A DNA stretch of 39,032 bases. Source: Candidatus Heimdallarchaeota archaeon (lineage in GTDB: Archaea > Asgardarchaeota > Heimdallarchaeia > Hodarchaeales > Hodarchaeaceae). A program made the translations under genes and the position numbers. This document shows, in pieces, positions 1 to 9,906 of this stretch. How positions within the stretch are numbered: position 1 is the first letter of the stretch; each line of letters opens with the position of its first letter. Under the pieces are notes generated by a model that did not search any database, had not been told where the DNA came from, and saw only the letters and a list, made by a program, of their open reading frames with translations. The stretch is taken from NCBI GenBank assembly GCA_020353515.1, contig CP070695.1, forward strand, positions 3,888,008 through 3,927,039, written 5' to 3'.

Positions 1-494
1 CAGTATTCATCAAGCTTATTAGTAGCAATAGGTTGCGAAAAAAGAGTAACTGTCAGGGCATCCGGTGAAATTGTAGAAATTATATCTTTCAGAGAAACAT
101 CTTCCCACAATGCTTCCACTAAATAATCAGATAAAACAAGATTTGGAATTTCTTTTTGTAGATATTTCAGGAAATGATATGATTCTATTTGATAATTTTT
201 CCTAATTAGTCCTTTCTTCGAAAATTCACACTCAAGTCCTTTTAATCGTTGAAATACTGGGATTAGACTACACGAAAAATCTTCTTTGTCAACTATTACG
301 ACCGATGCTATAAATTGCCACGTCATATCAACTGAAAATGATAATCGTCGTTGCCTAAACAAGATTGAATTAAAATGAGATCCTTCATTTGGAATAAGGA
401 TGCTTGCTCCAAGGTTAGATAGCTCCCATTTCCCATATTTTGATAAATATTTGGCAAATGGGACAAGTAATCCATCAGAATATGAGTTGACCAT
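1..494 (-). CDS. Hypothetical protein, partial (runs off window start)
   Basis: Manually translated: open frame of 164 codons from ATG at 494 (MVNSYSDGLLVPFAKYLSKYGKWELSNLG...NKLDEY) with no stop before base 1; absent from ORF track; no family motif recognised. Confidence 0.65.
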   Translation of the reverse strand, partial: MVNSYSDGLLVPFAKYLSKYGKWELSNLGASILIPNEGSHFNSILFRQRRLSFSVDMTWQFIASVVIVDKEDFSCSLIPVFQRLKGLECEFSKKGLIRKNYQIESYHFLKYLQKEIPNLVLSDYLVEALWEDVSLKDIISTISPDALTVTLFSQPIATNKLDEY

Positions 495-638
495 GCATTT
501 TTCCCAAGAAACACGATTTAAACAACTTAATCTTTCTATTATATCAAACTAAGATTAAATTTTTAAACACTTGGTTGTTAAAGGTTCAAATATTGAGATT
601 TCTGAACATTGCATTAGTAGAAAAAACCAAGATTACCA

Positions 639-665
639 TTTGTTTCGGAAATAAATTTTTAAATA
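639..665 (+). promoter_or_regulatory. Imperfect palindrome TTTGTTTCGGAAATAAA abutting TATA-like TTTTTAAATA
   Basis: Inverted repeat 639-655 directly upstream of a TATA-like box ~50-60 nt before ATG 716. Confidence 0.35.
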
Positions 666-715
666 TTAATGTGTTATATTCACAAACAATCCTAAATGTC
701 GGAGAATGAACTATC

Positions 716-2929
716 ATGAAAAATATACGCTTCTGGATCATGTTTTTGCTCTTTTTTAGTATTATATCTATTCAATCCAGCAATGGATGGATGAACGTAT
801 TTTTAGATTATTCTAATAATTCCGGTGTTTCTTTAAAAACTACTCAAGCAGCTATTTATAAAATTGATCTTCAGGTTACAGCGCCAACAGGATCCACATT
901 ATCTGGTAATACTCCGATTGTTATTAAATTAGCAACACTTGCTGATGAATTTCCTGTTTCTACAGATCCATTCGGTCTAGATACTCCAGATATTTCAGAT
1001 GATCTCAAATGGTCAGCAGTTTATATCACTCATAATGATGAATTAATTCCTAGTCAAGTAGATGATATAGACAACCAAATTGGATTTTCTGAAGATGATG
1101 AATTATTATTTCAATTACCAGAGTCACTAGAACTTGGAAGCGGGGAACATGCCTCCTTCTCGATCTTTTTAGGAACTCAGGAAACAAATTTACCTGATCC
1201 AATCTTTCCTGAGGCGTGCACAGTTTATGAATATACTAAATATGCACAAGTGAAGGAATATTTCGGTGCTGATATGTTGAAAGAGGCGTACTACATTGAA
1301 AATAGCAAGATACAAGCTGCAGCCTTGGCAGATGCTGCTTGGAGTTCTGGAGGTATATACGAATTATCTGTACTTGATGATGAGGGAAATTCTAGGTGGG
1401 ATGCTATTAAACAACGATTCGATCCCAGTTGGGAATCGTGGAAATGGGCTCGTTTTGCCACAGTAGAACAATTTATCGAATTAAATGATAAAGCAGGGAC
1501 AAATAACTTTTTCATACCCAATCCTGAAAGATCTATTATACAGGGGCCAGTTCGGGCTAGAATTCAAATGCAATCAATTCCACCTTATGGAAAACCCGCT
1601 TCAGTTTGGGGGACAATACCTGGAGTTTACGGTTTAGTAACATACGAGGTTTATGCCAACCTACCTTATCTTGATTATACTTTAGCAACAACTGGACCCA
1701 ACGCTGCTGCAAATCCGAACTTGATCATTGAGTTACAAAATAGAGAAAAAGCTCCTGGAGGACAATATAGTCCTTATAAAAGTATTTATGTCCCTGGAGC
1801 AGGATGGAGGCCAAGAAATCCCGACGATCTTTTTCTACATAAAATCTTACCTTCCGAGTTTTCTGAATCATGGTACCTAGAAAAACTAGCACCTGGGGAA
1901 ACTATGTCCCCTTATGAAGAACATTCTGATAAATTAGGATTTGGATTTATTTTTGATATGAATGGATTAACTAACATTACATACAAAAGACCTTCTGAAG
2001 ACATGAAACTGATATATGATCCGTGTGAATTACCTTTACATGCACGCTACTTCCCCTTTGATGTAAGTATCACCCAAGACGCTATAAGCTATATGGAAGA
2101 TAATTTTCAAGAATGGAGTCGTCCCGAGCCTGAATTGGATATATCTGTTTCATTAGTAACTGAACTTCCCTTCGAATATGTCGGTGTAAGTCGTCCTCAT
2201 GTTTCTTTCAATAATGATACTGCCTTGTTACAAATTGAGAACATTACAGCAATGTCAACAGAATATGGATTGATTAATGATACAATTGAATCCACTCATA
2301 CATATAAAGTATTAATCGCAAAATCGAAGGAGGAAACCGGAATTGAAGGAGAGCTTTCTTGGAACTCATCAACATTAACATGGGAAGCTCATGATGTCAG
2401 TCTTGCCTCTCAAACTCGTGATGTTGCTTACGTTGTGGTAGCATATTTCCAAGTGGGTGAAGTTTTAGGGATTAGTCCTTATTCAAAATCCTTCCCTGAG
2501 ATTCCCGACAATACACCTCCTCTCATTAGTAATATTATTCAAACCCCTCCCGCTGATGCAATCATTCTTTCTGCTGATTCAGTGAATGTTTCTGCTATGA
2601 TAACTGATGATACAAAAGTAGAATCAGTTATTCTGAGTTATAACAATGGTACATGGAATAATATTACCATGACATATGGATTCGGTGTTTATACCGCTAC
2701 AATCCCCCCACAGGCTGAAGGGTCAACCATTCAATACCAAATCTTTGCTTATGATAGTGCTGGAAATTTTAATGTTTCAGAAATATTCTCTTATGAAGTA
2801 TCAATTGAGTACCATCTAGGTCAAGGTATAATTCCATTTTTAGGAGCATCTGCTATTCTTGTTGGTGCTGTTATCATTGCTTTGAAAACAACTGGCTTGC
2901 ATAGGCAGAAATACGACGAAGTGGAGTAA
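716..2929 (+). CDS. Secreted, C-terminally anchored DUF4861-like protein with Ig-like C-terminal module
   Basis: N-terminal signal peptide; IPSQVDDIDN..DDELLFQLP and GPVRARI motifs reminiscent of DUF4861; DNTPP..IQYQIFAYDSAGN Ig-like module; C-terminal TM helix plus charged tail; GGAG upstream. Confidence 0.65.
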   Translation: MKNIRFWIMFLLFFSIISIQSSNGWMNVFLDYSNNSGVSLKTTQAAIYKIDLQVTAPTGSTLSGNTPIVIKLATLADEFPVSTDPFGLDTPDISDDLKWSAVYITHNDELIPSQVDDIDNQIGFSEDDELLFQLPESLELGSGEHASFSIFLGTQETNLPDPIFPEACTVYEYTKYAQVKEYFGADMLKEAYYIENSKIQAAALADAAWSSGGIYELSVLDDEGNSRWDAIKQRFDPSWESWKWARFATVEQFIELNDKAGTNNFFIPNPERSIIQGPVRARIQMQSIPPYGKPASVWGTIPGVYGLVTYEVYANLPYLDYTLATTGPNAAANPNLIIELQNREKAPGGQYSPYKSIYVPGAGWRPRNPDDLFLHKILPSEFSESWYLEKLAPGETMSPYEEHSDKLGFGFIFDMNGLTNITYKRPSEDMKLIYDPCELPLHARYFPFDVSITQDAISYMEDNFQEWSRPEPELDISVSLVTELPFEYVGVSRPHVSFNNDTALLQIENITAMSTEYGLINDTIESTHTYKVLIAKSKEETGIEGELSWNSSTLTWEAHDVSLASQTRDVAYVVVAYFQVGEVLGISPYSKSFPEIPDNTPPLISNIIQTPPADAIILSADSVNVSAMITDDTKVESVILSYNNGTWNNITMTYGFGVYTATIPPQAEGSTIQYQIFAYDSAGNFNVSEIFSYEVSIEYHLGQGIIPFLGASAILVGAVIIALKTTGLHRQKYDEVE

Positions 2930-3061
2930 TAGACGCTTCAAACAAAATTATTAAAACTCAAATTGTTTTCCAGACGTTTTTAAGAGAATGGATACCCATA
3001 TTGGAAACATGGGTTGTAATTTTCATTAACTTTAAAAATCAATTCTGATGATGTTAATTTG

Positions 3062-3085
3062 TTGTTAGAAAAACTAATCTAACAA
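3062..3085. promoter_or_regulatory. Perfect inverted repeat TTGTTAGA-N8-TCTAACAA (putative operator or hairpin)
   Basis: Seen directly, ~26 nt upstream of ATG 3112. Confidence 0.35.
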
Positions 3086-3111
3086 TCACAAACACTTTAG
3101 TGGAGAGTAAA

Positions 3112-4590
3112 ATGAAAAGAAAAAAGCTTACTATCTATACTTTTGCTCTATTTCTTCCATTGTTTCTCTCAGTACTGATCGTACCGACTGTTGTGCGTGC
3201 TGCTGAAGGGACTAAATCTGCGGTAATTACAATTACTGCAGGAGAAGACGGGATAATTGCAAATACTCCGATTATCATAGAACCAGGAGCGTTACCCGAA
3301 GGAATAGAGAACTTGCAGACTGCGATTGTGTATGATGGTGATACAGCATTACCTACACAAGTAGATGACTTGGACGGTGATGATGAGATAGATGAGATTG
3401 TGTTCCAACTCCCTGAAGATCTTGATGCCGATGAAGAAAAGGACTTTTCTCTATATGTCTTAGATGAAGGGGATGATAATGGTCAAGATCCAAGTTCCTC
3501 TATTTCAGCTGAATTTGATGAATACAATGCATCTTACGAAGATTGGCTCCCATCAACCTTGACCGCTAGTTATTCCAATGCCTCAGGAAATGCTCCATCT
3601 GTAGATGAAGTTGGTAATGTCACCTGGATTGAGACTGATTGGGCAGTTATGTGTGTTTACATTTCTGCTGGATGGCGTAAAAGCGCATTCAAACATATTT
3701 ACATGAAAGATGGCGAATGGGATGTAGGTATGGCCCAATGGGATCCATGGGCCAATTGGCGATATCAATGGACTCGAGTGTTTTGGGAAGCTGACAATGG
3801 TTGGCATGACGGTAATGATCATAAGAATACCTCTGATACAGTTGAAATTCTAAAAGTTGGACCAGTTCGATGTGTACTTCAAACTAAATCCGGGATTGGT
3901 TATAAAGGTGATTTTGGAGTTCATGATGATCTCCGTGCACTTAGAACGTTCACTTTTTACAGTGGATTCCCTGGTGTTCACCAGAATATCCGATTAACTG
4001 GTGGCGATGAAGTTGAAGCTTCTAAAGGGATGACAGAGCTATATGGTGGACCCTTACAATTTACTACCAAATTTCTTGATTTTAGTACGGATACCTCCAC
4101 ATCACCATGGTCATATTTCTCAGATGGTAATGGTTTCGATATGGTCTACGCTCTAGGCACACCAAACGAGTCTGGAAACTCTAATCGTGAAAATCCTGAT
4201 GAGCAATTCCTAAATTTAACTAAAATGACAACGACCTACTTTGGGATGTATAGTAGTGATACAAAGAATGGATATATGATTAACTTCGCCCTCGGTGAGA
4301 ATGCAACCGAATTCATTGCAGACCACGTTACATCTATCGATTGGTCTGATGGTGAGATTGTGATTAAACAATCATACGAAAAATTCCCATTAGAAGGAAT
4401 TGACCGTGTTTATGTTCCATTCAGTAGCGCTACCAATCCTAAAACAGAGATTGACACTTTAAACGGGTATTGGACTGTCGACTATGACATGGAAGCTTCT
4501 GAACCAGCTGCTGCTCCAGGTTTTGAGCTTGTAATAACGCTCGTATCTGCTGCCGCTATCGTAATCATCATCCGAAGAAAAAGAGCATAA
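3112..4590 (+). CDS. Secreted DUF4861-like protein with PGF-CTERM archaeosortase signal; paralog of 716..2929
   Basis: Signal peptide; LPTQVDDLDGDDEIDEIVFQLP and GPVRCVL match the upstream gene's motifs; C-terminus PGFELVITLVSAAAIVIIIRRKRA = PGF + TM + basic tail; ATG 3112 follows GGAG (ORF track starts at GTG 3100). Confidence 0.75.
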   Translation: MKRKKLTIYTFALFLPLFLSVLIVPTVVRAAEGTKSAVITITAGEDGIIANTPIIIEPGALPEGIENLQTAIVYDGDTALPTQVDDLDGDDEIDEIVFQLPEDLDADEEKDFSLYVLDEGDDNGQDPSSSISAEFDEYNASYEDWLPSTLTASYSNASGNAPSVDEVGNVTWIETDWAVMCVYISAGWRKSAFKHIYMKDGEWDVGMAQWDPWANWRYQWTRVFWEADNGWHDGNDHKNTSDTVEILKVGPVRCVLQTKSGIGYKGDFGVHDDLRALRTFTFYSGFPGVHQNIRLTGGDEVEASKGMTELYGGPLQFTTKFLDFSTDTSTSPWSYFSDGNGFDMVYALGTPNESGNSNRENPDEQFLNLTKMTTTYFGMYSSDTKNGYMINFALGENATEFIADHVTSIDWSDGEIVIKQSYEKFPLEGIDRVYVPFSSATNPKTEIDTLNGYWTVDYDMEASEPAAAPGFELVITLVSAAAIVIIIRRKRA

Positions 4591-4604
4591 ATAGATCTCC
4601 TCCC

Positions 4605-4635
4605 CCTCTTTTTTTCTCTATACTATTTTTCTTTG
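4605..4635 (+). terminator. Oligo-T archaeal-type terminator
   Basis: T7 and further T-runs right after stop 4590, between convergent genes. Confidence 0.45.
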
Positions 4636-4676
4636 TTTATTCTGTTAAAAACTTTTCATTTTTCAGATTTATCTTG

Positions 4677-4892
4677 CTAATCACTTAAAGAAATGTATGT
4701 TTTTCCCTCTATGATGATTTTTTGAATGAGTTGTTTTTGTTCTAGTGCTTTTAATCCTTCGAAAAAGAAGAGGTTGGCTAAAGCAGTCCTTTTTTTTAGT
4801 TCAAGCAGTTGTAAGGGGGAATCGTTACTTTGTAGCGTGTTAAGAATGACTTCTTGGTTTTTTTGGCTAAAATCTTTAGATATTGACATCAT
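4677..4892 (-). CDS. Small winged helix-turn-helix protein
   Basis: ILNTL..LQLLELKKRTAL..GLKALEQKQLIQK..GKTYISL pattern typical of wHTH; follows GH130 on the same strand. Confidence 0.55.
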   Translation of the reverse strand: MMSISKDFSQKNQEVILNTLQSNDSPLQLLELKKRTALANLFFFEGLKALEQKQLIQKIIIEGKTYISLSD

Positions 4893-4915
4893 TCGAACAA
4901 CAAATGAGACTTGAT

Positions 4916-5812
4916 TTATAATGCTTGAAGTAGAGTTTTCCTGTCTATCGTTGCTACTGCAATGACTTTATCAGCCCCACCATAGTAAACAAAGAATTTC
5001 TCATCTTTCTCGACCACTCCACAGGTGAACGTTACATTTGGAACGTCCCCTACTCGTTCATAATCTTCCTCGGGAATGAGAATAGGATCATCAATGATAC
5101 TAACGATTTTACTCGGATCCTTCAAATCTAATAGCATTACTCCGAGACTATAATGTAGTTCCTTGTCCACACCGTGATAAAATTCTAACCAACCTTCATC
5201 TGTCTTAATAGGTGGAGCTCCAGCACCAACCTTGAAATCCTGCCATGTATTTGGTAAAGGACCAAAGAGTTTTTGATGATCAGTCCACGTTTTTAGATCT
5301 TTAGAGTAGGCAATCCACATATCAGGTTCAGGAGCCCGATGAATGATTACGTAATTGTCATTGATTTTTTCAGGGAAAAGAACACCATCTTTATTCCGAT
5401 ATTCATTAATGATGGTTCCATGACGTATAAATTCTTTAAAGTCATTCGTCGACGCAATCCCGATATGATAGTCTACATCTCCCGCTGGTACGGGCGTACG
5501 AACAGCTGTGTAAGTGATATAATATTTATCTTTTAGAAAAGTAATCCTAGGGTCTTCCACACCGTATCTCTCAAAATCAAATTCCGGTCTCATGACTGGT
5601 TCATCAAATCTTTCAAAAATATAACCATCTTCGCTTAACGCTAGCCCCAAAGTCGAAATATAGGTATCATAATCTCCTATTGCTCTATAAAGGAGAAGAA
5701 CTTTATCTTGGAAAAGGGTAGCAGCACAATTAAATACCCCCCCCTTTTCCCATTCATGAGCGAGATTTGGTTCAATAATTGGATTTTTATTATAGCGTGT
5801 AAGATAAACCAT
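4916..5812 (-). CDS. GH130 beta-mannoside phosphorylase/glycosidase
   Basis: GVFNCAA, GVEDPRIT, NKDGVLFPEKI, KVGAGAPPIKTDEGWL.YHGV, GDVPNVTF, YYGGAD motifs. Confidence 0.92.
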   Translation of the reverse strand: MVYLTRYNKNPIIEPNLAHEWEKGGVFNCAATLFQDKVLLLYRAIGDYDTYISTLGLALSEDGYIFERFDEPVMRPEFDFERYGVEDPRITFLKDKYYITYTAVRTPVPAGDVDYHIGIASTNDFKEFIRHGTIINEYRNKDGVLFPEKINDNYVIIHRAPEPDMWIAYSKDLKTWTDHQKLFGPLPNTWQDFKVGAGAPPIKTDEGWLEFYHGVDKELHYSLGVMLLDLKDPSKIVSIIDDPILIPEEDYERVGDVPNVTFTCGVVEKDEKFFVYYGGADKVIAVATIDRKTLLQAL

Positions 5813-5970
5813 TTGTCATCCTTCTTTCAAAGGTTTTCACTTCTCTTCTATTAATTTTTCTTTAATCTTACAAATAATTATTAAGACCTTTGGAAGAATG
5901 AGGTTAAATAGAGTTAACTATTTCTGGAAAAGAAATAATATATCTTTAAATAAAAAAAATCAAAAAGATT

Positions 5971-7332
5971 TCATTTATCATTGAATTGTGGGAGAGACTT
6001 CTTAAATTTCTCTAGATACTCATAAAAAAGGGTTTCTGCTAAATTTAGATCGTTAATCATCGGAAATAAAGCAAAAGCCTGAATACCAGCCTCTATGTCT
6101 CCATTCACAGATGCTTTAGTTATCAATTTTGAAATTGAGATTTCTCTATGACATAAAGCAGCGATTGATTCTGGTAGTCTTCCAACGGATACACCCAGAC
6201 CTCCTCTTTTATTCACTACACAAGGAACTTCAACAACCGAATCCATTGGTAAATTTCTAATTGCTCCATTATTCTCAATATTTAGTGCTGGTTCATAAAA
6301 AGAAGAATCAGTATAAATCTCTGTTATGAGATGTGCAATTCTTTCAGCTGGATCCAATTGCAGGACATCAACGCCAATTTTTCCATTAATTATATTTTTT
6401 ATAGTTTGCCAATTCTTTGCTTTATTTCTGAGATTTTCGTTAAAATCAAAGTGGTATAGATTATACTTATCCCAGTGCTCTTTTTGCGCTGTATAGGGAA
6501 GATATTCAGATAGATGTGTTTCGCCTGGGACAGGCAGTAACTTAAATATTCGGAAAATATGTCTTGTTAAAGCCTCATAACTTGGAGGTACGTTGTCGAT
6601 ATTCAGATGGATTAATGGATAAAGATTTTCTCCATTCGATCTTCTTCGAACTTCCAACATCCATGTAAAATGATTTAATCCAGCTGCCAAGATGTTATAT
6701 TCACTTAAGGCTAGATTTCGGTATTCATGATATCCTAAATTCTGATCTTTTTTAATCCCCAGGTCATTTGCTAGAATGCGTCCTAAAATGTAAAAACCAT
6801 TCCAATATTGATGACAAAAACTAATACAATTAATATTAGCATAATCTTTTGCTGCGTAGTGTATCCTGGATAATGGGTTTGTAAAATTTAATAGCCACGA
6901 GTCTGGTGAAAAATCATGAATATCATTCAATATTGGCATAATGACAGCAAGATTTCTAGCAGTATGACCAAAGGATCCTGGACCACCGTTTTCAGCATAA
7001 TGCCAGATACCAAATTTCTTCGCAATCTTGAAATCCATTTGCCAAGTCTGTTCTCGCTCTACTCCTATTGATAGTATGACAAAATCAGAATTCTCTAACA
7101 CTTTTCTACGATCTGTTTCTGCAAAGAGTTCAATTTTTGATTTATACTGCTCTTTAATCACTTTAGCTAAAGACGCAACTAAATTTAGGGTCTCTTCATT
7201 AATATCGACCATGTAAAGCGAGGCGTTTTGGAGTTTTGGGTCAGATAATATGTCATTTAACGTGACGAAGCAAAAATTAGTGCTTCCTGCTCCTATTACT
7301 ACAATTTTTGGTTCATTTGTCAAAGAAATCAC
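5971..7332 (-). CDS. GH4 NAD+-dependent alpha-galactosidase/alpha-glucosidase
   Basis: IGAGS Rossmann motif, ENGGPG, LNFTNP, CH metal Cys, AGLNHFTW, GETHLSEY, NNGAIRNLP.D.VVEVP. Confidence 0.92.
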   Translation of the reverse strand: MISLTNEPKIVVIGAGSTNFCFVTLNDILSDPKLQNASLYMVDINEETLNLVASLAKVIKEQYKSKIELFAETDRRKVLENSDFVILSIGVEREQTWQMDFKIAKKFGIWHYAENGGPGSFGHTARNLAVIMPILNDIHDFSPDSWLLNFTNPLSRIHYAAKDYANINCISFCHQYWNGFYILGRILANDLGIKKDQNLGYHEYRNLALSEYNILAAGLNHFTWMLEVRRRSNGENLYPLIHLNIDNVPPSYEALTRHIFRIFKLLPVPGETHLSEYLPYTAQKEHWDKYNLYHFDFNENLRNKAKNWQTIKNIINGKIGVDVLQLDPAERIAHLITEIYTDSSFYEPALNIENNGAIRNLPMDSVVEVPCVVNKRGGLGVSVGRLPESIAALCHREISISKLITKASVNGDIEAGIQAFALFPMINDLNLAETLFYEYLEKFKKSLPQFNDK

Positions 7333-7497
7333 AATTATTAGCTATTCATTTAATTATCTACAATTCAAAGAATTTGATGACTGAATTTCTTGTAAAATAA
7401 CTTAAAAATACAAATATCAATGACATTTAAAATATTTGAATGTTCTTTTAATAGTAGTAATTTGCTATAGTAAAAAGAAGAAAATCATTGATTAGGG

Positions 7498-9402
7498 ATG
7501 AAAATGCAGGTTTTGCGAATCCAAACTATAACACAGGGACGATTGGCGCGTAGTACGGTTGTTTTTTTTGTGATAGTGCTTATTGCAATTTCAGGACTCT
7601 TTATCAGGTCAGTATTGATTAATTACAATAGACAATCGGGTGAATCAGAGGAACCAGGTCAAATTAAAAGGGTTGAGCTTATGCCAAATCTCCCTGAACC
7701 GTTTCAAATGAGAGATTGGAGGCAGGTGGCTCGAGATTATGATGCATTCGTTTTTAACTTTAGTAAGACTGGTGAGTATCTTCCATTAATCAGCTGGGAT
7801 ACCAATCACCAGAATTTTGATCGAGATACTTTTAGTATTCCTTCTCACGTCGGCAGATCTCCAGCAGATGAAGCCATCAACTGCATGGCTGCAGTACTGA
7901 GTGCAACGCTTGTTGGAATAGATAAAAGTAATCAAAGTGGTTATAACTGGGTTGAAATGTGTGAGAACTGGTATAATATTGATACTGAACAATTTATTTA
8001 CTTGAATAATCGTCATGCAGTTGCAAGTTCCAGTTTTTGGTATGTACTTTTCCCTAATTTGATATTTTATCAGCTAGCATATTATTATCCAGAGGTTGGT
8101 GATTTCCAAAATGAAATTCGTGTTGTTGCTAATCGATGGTATGATGCTTGTGTCGCTTTAGGTGGTAGCGCTAATCCATGGAGTTTACCTAATTTCGCTC
8201 ATACAGCTTTAGATTTTAATACAATGCAACCTGTTTACCGTGGGTGGAGGGAACCTGATGCAGCGGCAGCTGTTGCGTGGCTCGAGTACATCGCTTATTT
8301 GAAAGAGAATGACCCTAAATATTTACTTGCTGCAGATTGGTGTTTAAAATTCTTGAATAAACTAACTTACAATCCTCTTTATGAAGTTTTACTACCATAT
8401 GGTGCCTATATCGCAGCACGAATGAACGCAGAACTGGGTAAAACTTATAATACACATAAGCTCATCAATTGGTGTTTTGGACCCGGTGATCATCAAGCAC
8501 GATTCGGTTGGGGTGTAATTACACAGAAGTGGGGTGATTACGATTGTCATGGTTTGCATGGTAGTATTACTGATGGTGGGGGTTATGCTTTTGCTATGGG
8601 TACTTATGAGAATGTAGGGTGTTTAGTACCTATAGTTAGGTATGATGATCGATATGCACGAGCTATAGGAAAATATGTGTTAAATGCAGCCAATGCAGCA
8701 CGATTGTTCTTTGGAAATGGATTAGATGCCGATCATCAAGACGGTTATGACTGGATAGAGGTAAATGATCCAGATTATTGTATTGGTTATGAAGCTCTCC
8801 GAAAAACATGGAACGACAAAAGTCCTTTTGCAACTGGTGATGCAATCAAAGGAGGATGGGGCCCAACTAATCTTGGTCTCTATGGAAGTTCTCATGTAGG
8901 TATTTTTGGAGGTATTATCTCCCCCACAAACGATGAAAAAATCTTACAGTTGGACTGTTTAATAACAGATTATTACCATGATGAAGCTTATCCTACTTAC
9001 CTTTATTACAATCCATATGATGTAACCAAAATGGTGGAAATCAATGTAGGATTAGAAGCGATGAGTCTATATGACACTATAACTGAAGAATTCTTAGCAA
9101 CAAATGTTTCAGGTTTAGCTTCATTTCAACTTCCAGCAGATTCCGCTGCCGTGATTGTTGTGGTTCCTGTTGATGGAATTATGACTTATGAAGGAACTAA
9201 AACACTTATTAATAACATAACAGTCGATTATGAACCAGTTGTGGTAGAAACAAGTACAACAACGTCAAGTTCGATTACTTTAATAAGTCCAACAACATCT
9301 CAATCTACTAAAGCAGAAACAAGTCCGTTCTCTAATTTTCTAATGACCTTATGTTTTCTTATTACACTCTGTTATTTTTCTCTTAGAAAAAGGAACACCT
9401 AG
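7498..9402 (+). CDS. Membrane-anchored extracellular protein, putative uncharacterised glycoside-hydrolase-like family
   Basis: N-terminal TM; RVELMPNLPEPFQMRDW..ARDYD motif recalled from uncharacterised bacterial secreted proteins; aromatic/acid-rich core; Ser/Thr linker, C-terminal TM and basic tail; GH context. Confidence 0.55.
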   Translation: MKMQVLRIQTITQGRLARSTVVFFVIVLIAISGLFIRSVLINYNRQSGESEEPGQIKRVELMPNLPEPFQMRDWRQVARDYDAFVFNFSKTGEYLPLISWDTNHQNFDRDTFSIPSHVGRSPADEAINCMAAVLSATLVGIDKSNQSGYNWVEMCENWYNIDTEQFIYLNNRHAVASSSFWYVLFPNLIFYQLAYYYPEVGDFQNEIRVVANRWYDACVALGGSANPWSLPNFAHTALDFNTMQPVYRGWREPDAAAAVAWLEYIAYLKENDPKYLLAADWCLKFLNKLTYNPLYEVLLPYGAYIAARMNAELGKTYNTHKLINWCFGPGDHQARFGWGVITQKWGDYDCHGLHGSITDGGGYAFAMGTYENVGCLVPIVRYDDRYARAIGKYVLNAANAARLFFGNGLDADHQDGYDWIEVNDPDYCIGYEALRKTWNDKSPFATGDAIKGGWGPTNLGLYGSSHVGIFGGIISPTNDEKILQLDCLITDYYHDEAYPTYLYYNPYDVTKMVEINVGLEAMSLYDTITEEFLATNVSGLASFQLPADSAAVIVVVPVDGIMTYEGTKTLINNITVDYEPVVVETSTTTSSSITLISPTTSQSTKAETSPFSNFLMTLCFLITLCYFSLRKRNT

Positions 9403-9906
9403 TTGCTCATATTGGAAGAAGGAGAATATAATTTCACCATTTTCATTCAAAATGAGGGTCTGACCCTAACCACTTTACACGATGTCGGTCACTTATTTGG
9501 ATTAAACCATCCCCACGATTACTGGAATCCGTTCTTAGAGAAAGTTGAATATTCTTGGATTTGGGGGTACGCAGGAACACCAATGACCTATTTATCAACT
9601 GGTTATGACTGGGACTTTTTTGATAAGCAAGCTACCGCTCGTGTGCAGATTCATTCAATAAATGGGTATATGAATGGATATAATTATATGAATGAACAGA
9701 TTCATGAATTCATTTCAGATATCGAGATAGGGACGGATACGTTAAGGGAGATACTACCAAAAGCTCAGAGAATTCACAAAGATTATCATATTAGAGTAAA
9801 ATTCATTGAAGTTGTTAATAATATATTATTATTGGTTGGTACAATTATACTAGGGATCATAATATCAGCAGGAGTGATAATTTATCGAAAAGAGAAGACT
9901 CAGTAA
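9403..9906 (+). pseudogene. C-terminal fragment of a membrane-anchored metzincin-like Zn metalloprotease
   Basis: TTLHDVGHLFGLNHPHD (HExxHxxGxxH with E>D), PMTY Met-turn, C-terminal TM; no signal peptide or SD; starts in frame immediately after the upstream TAG. Confidence 0.55.

Noticed and set aside
323-514. 63-aa minus-strand ORF
   Set aside because: Alternative frame overlapping the longer open frame 494 to <1
9400-9402. Pyrrolysine/amber readthrough at in-frame TAGs (9400 and 33376)
   Set aside because: TAG ends several clearly complete genes here (23425, 29371, 30574); the 33322 relic also has a TAA and a frameshift; no pyl genes in window
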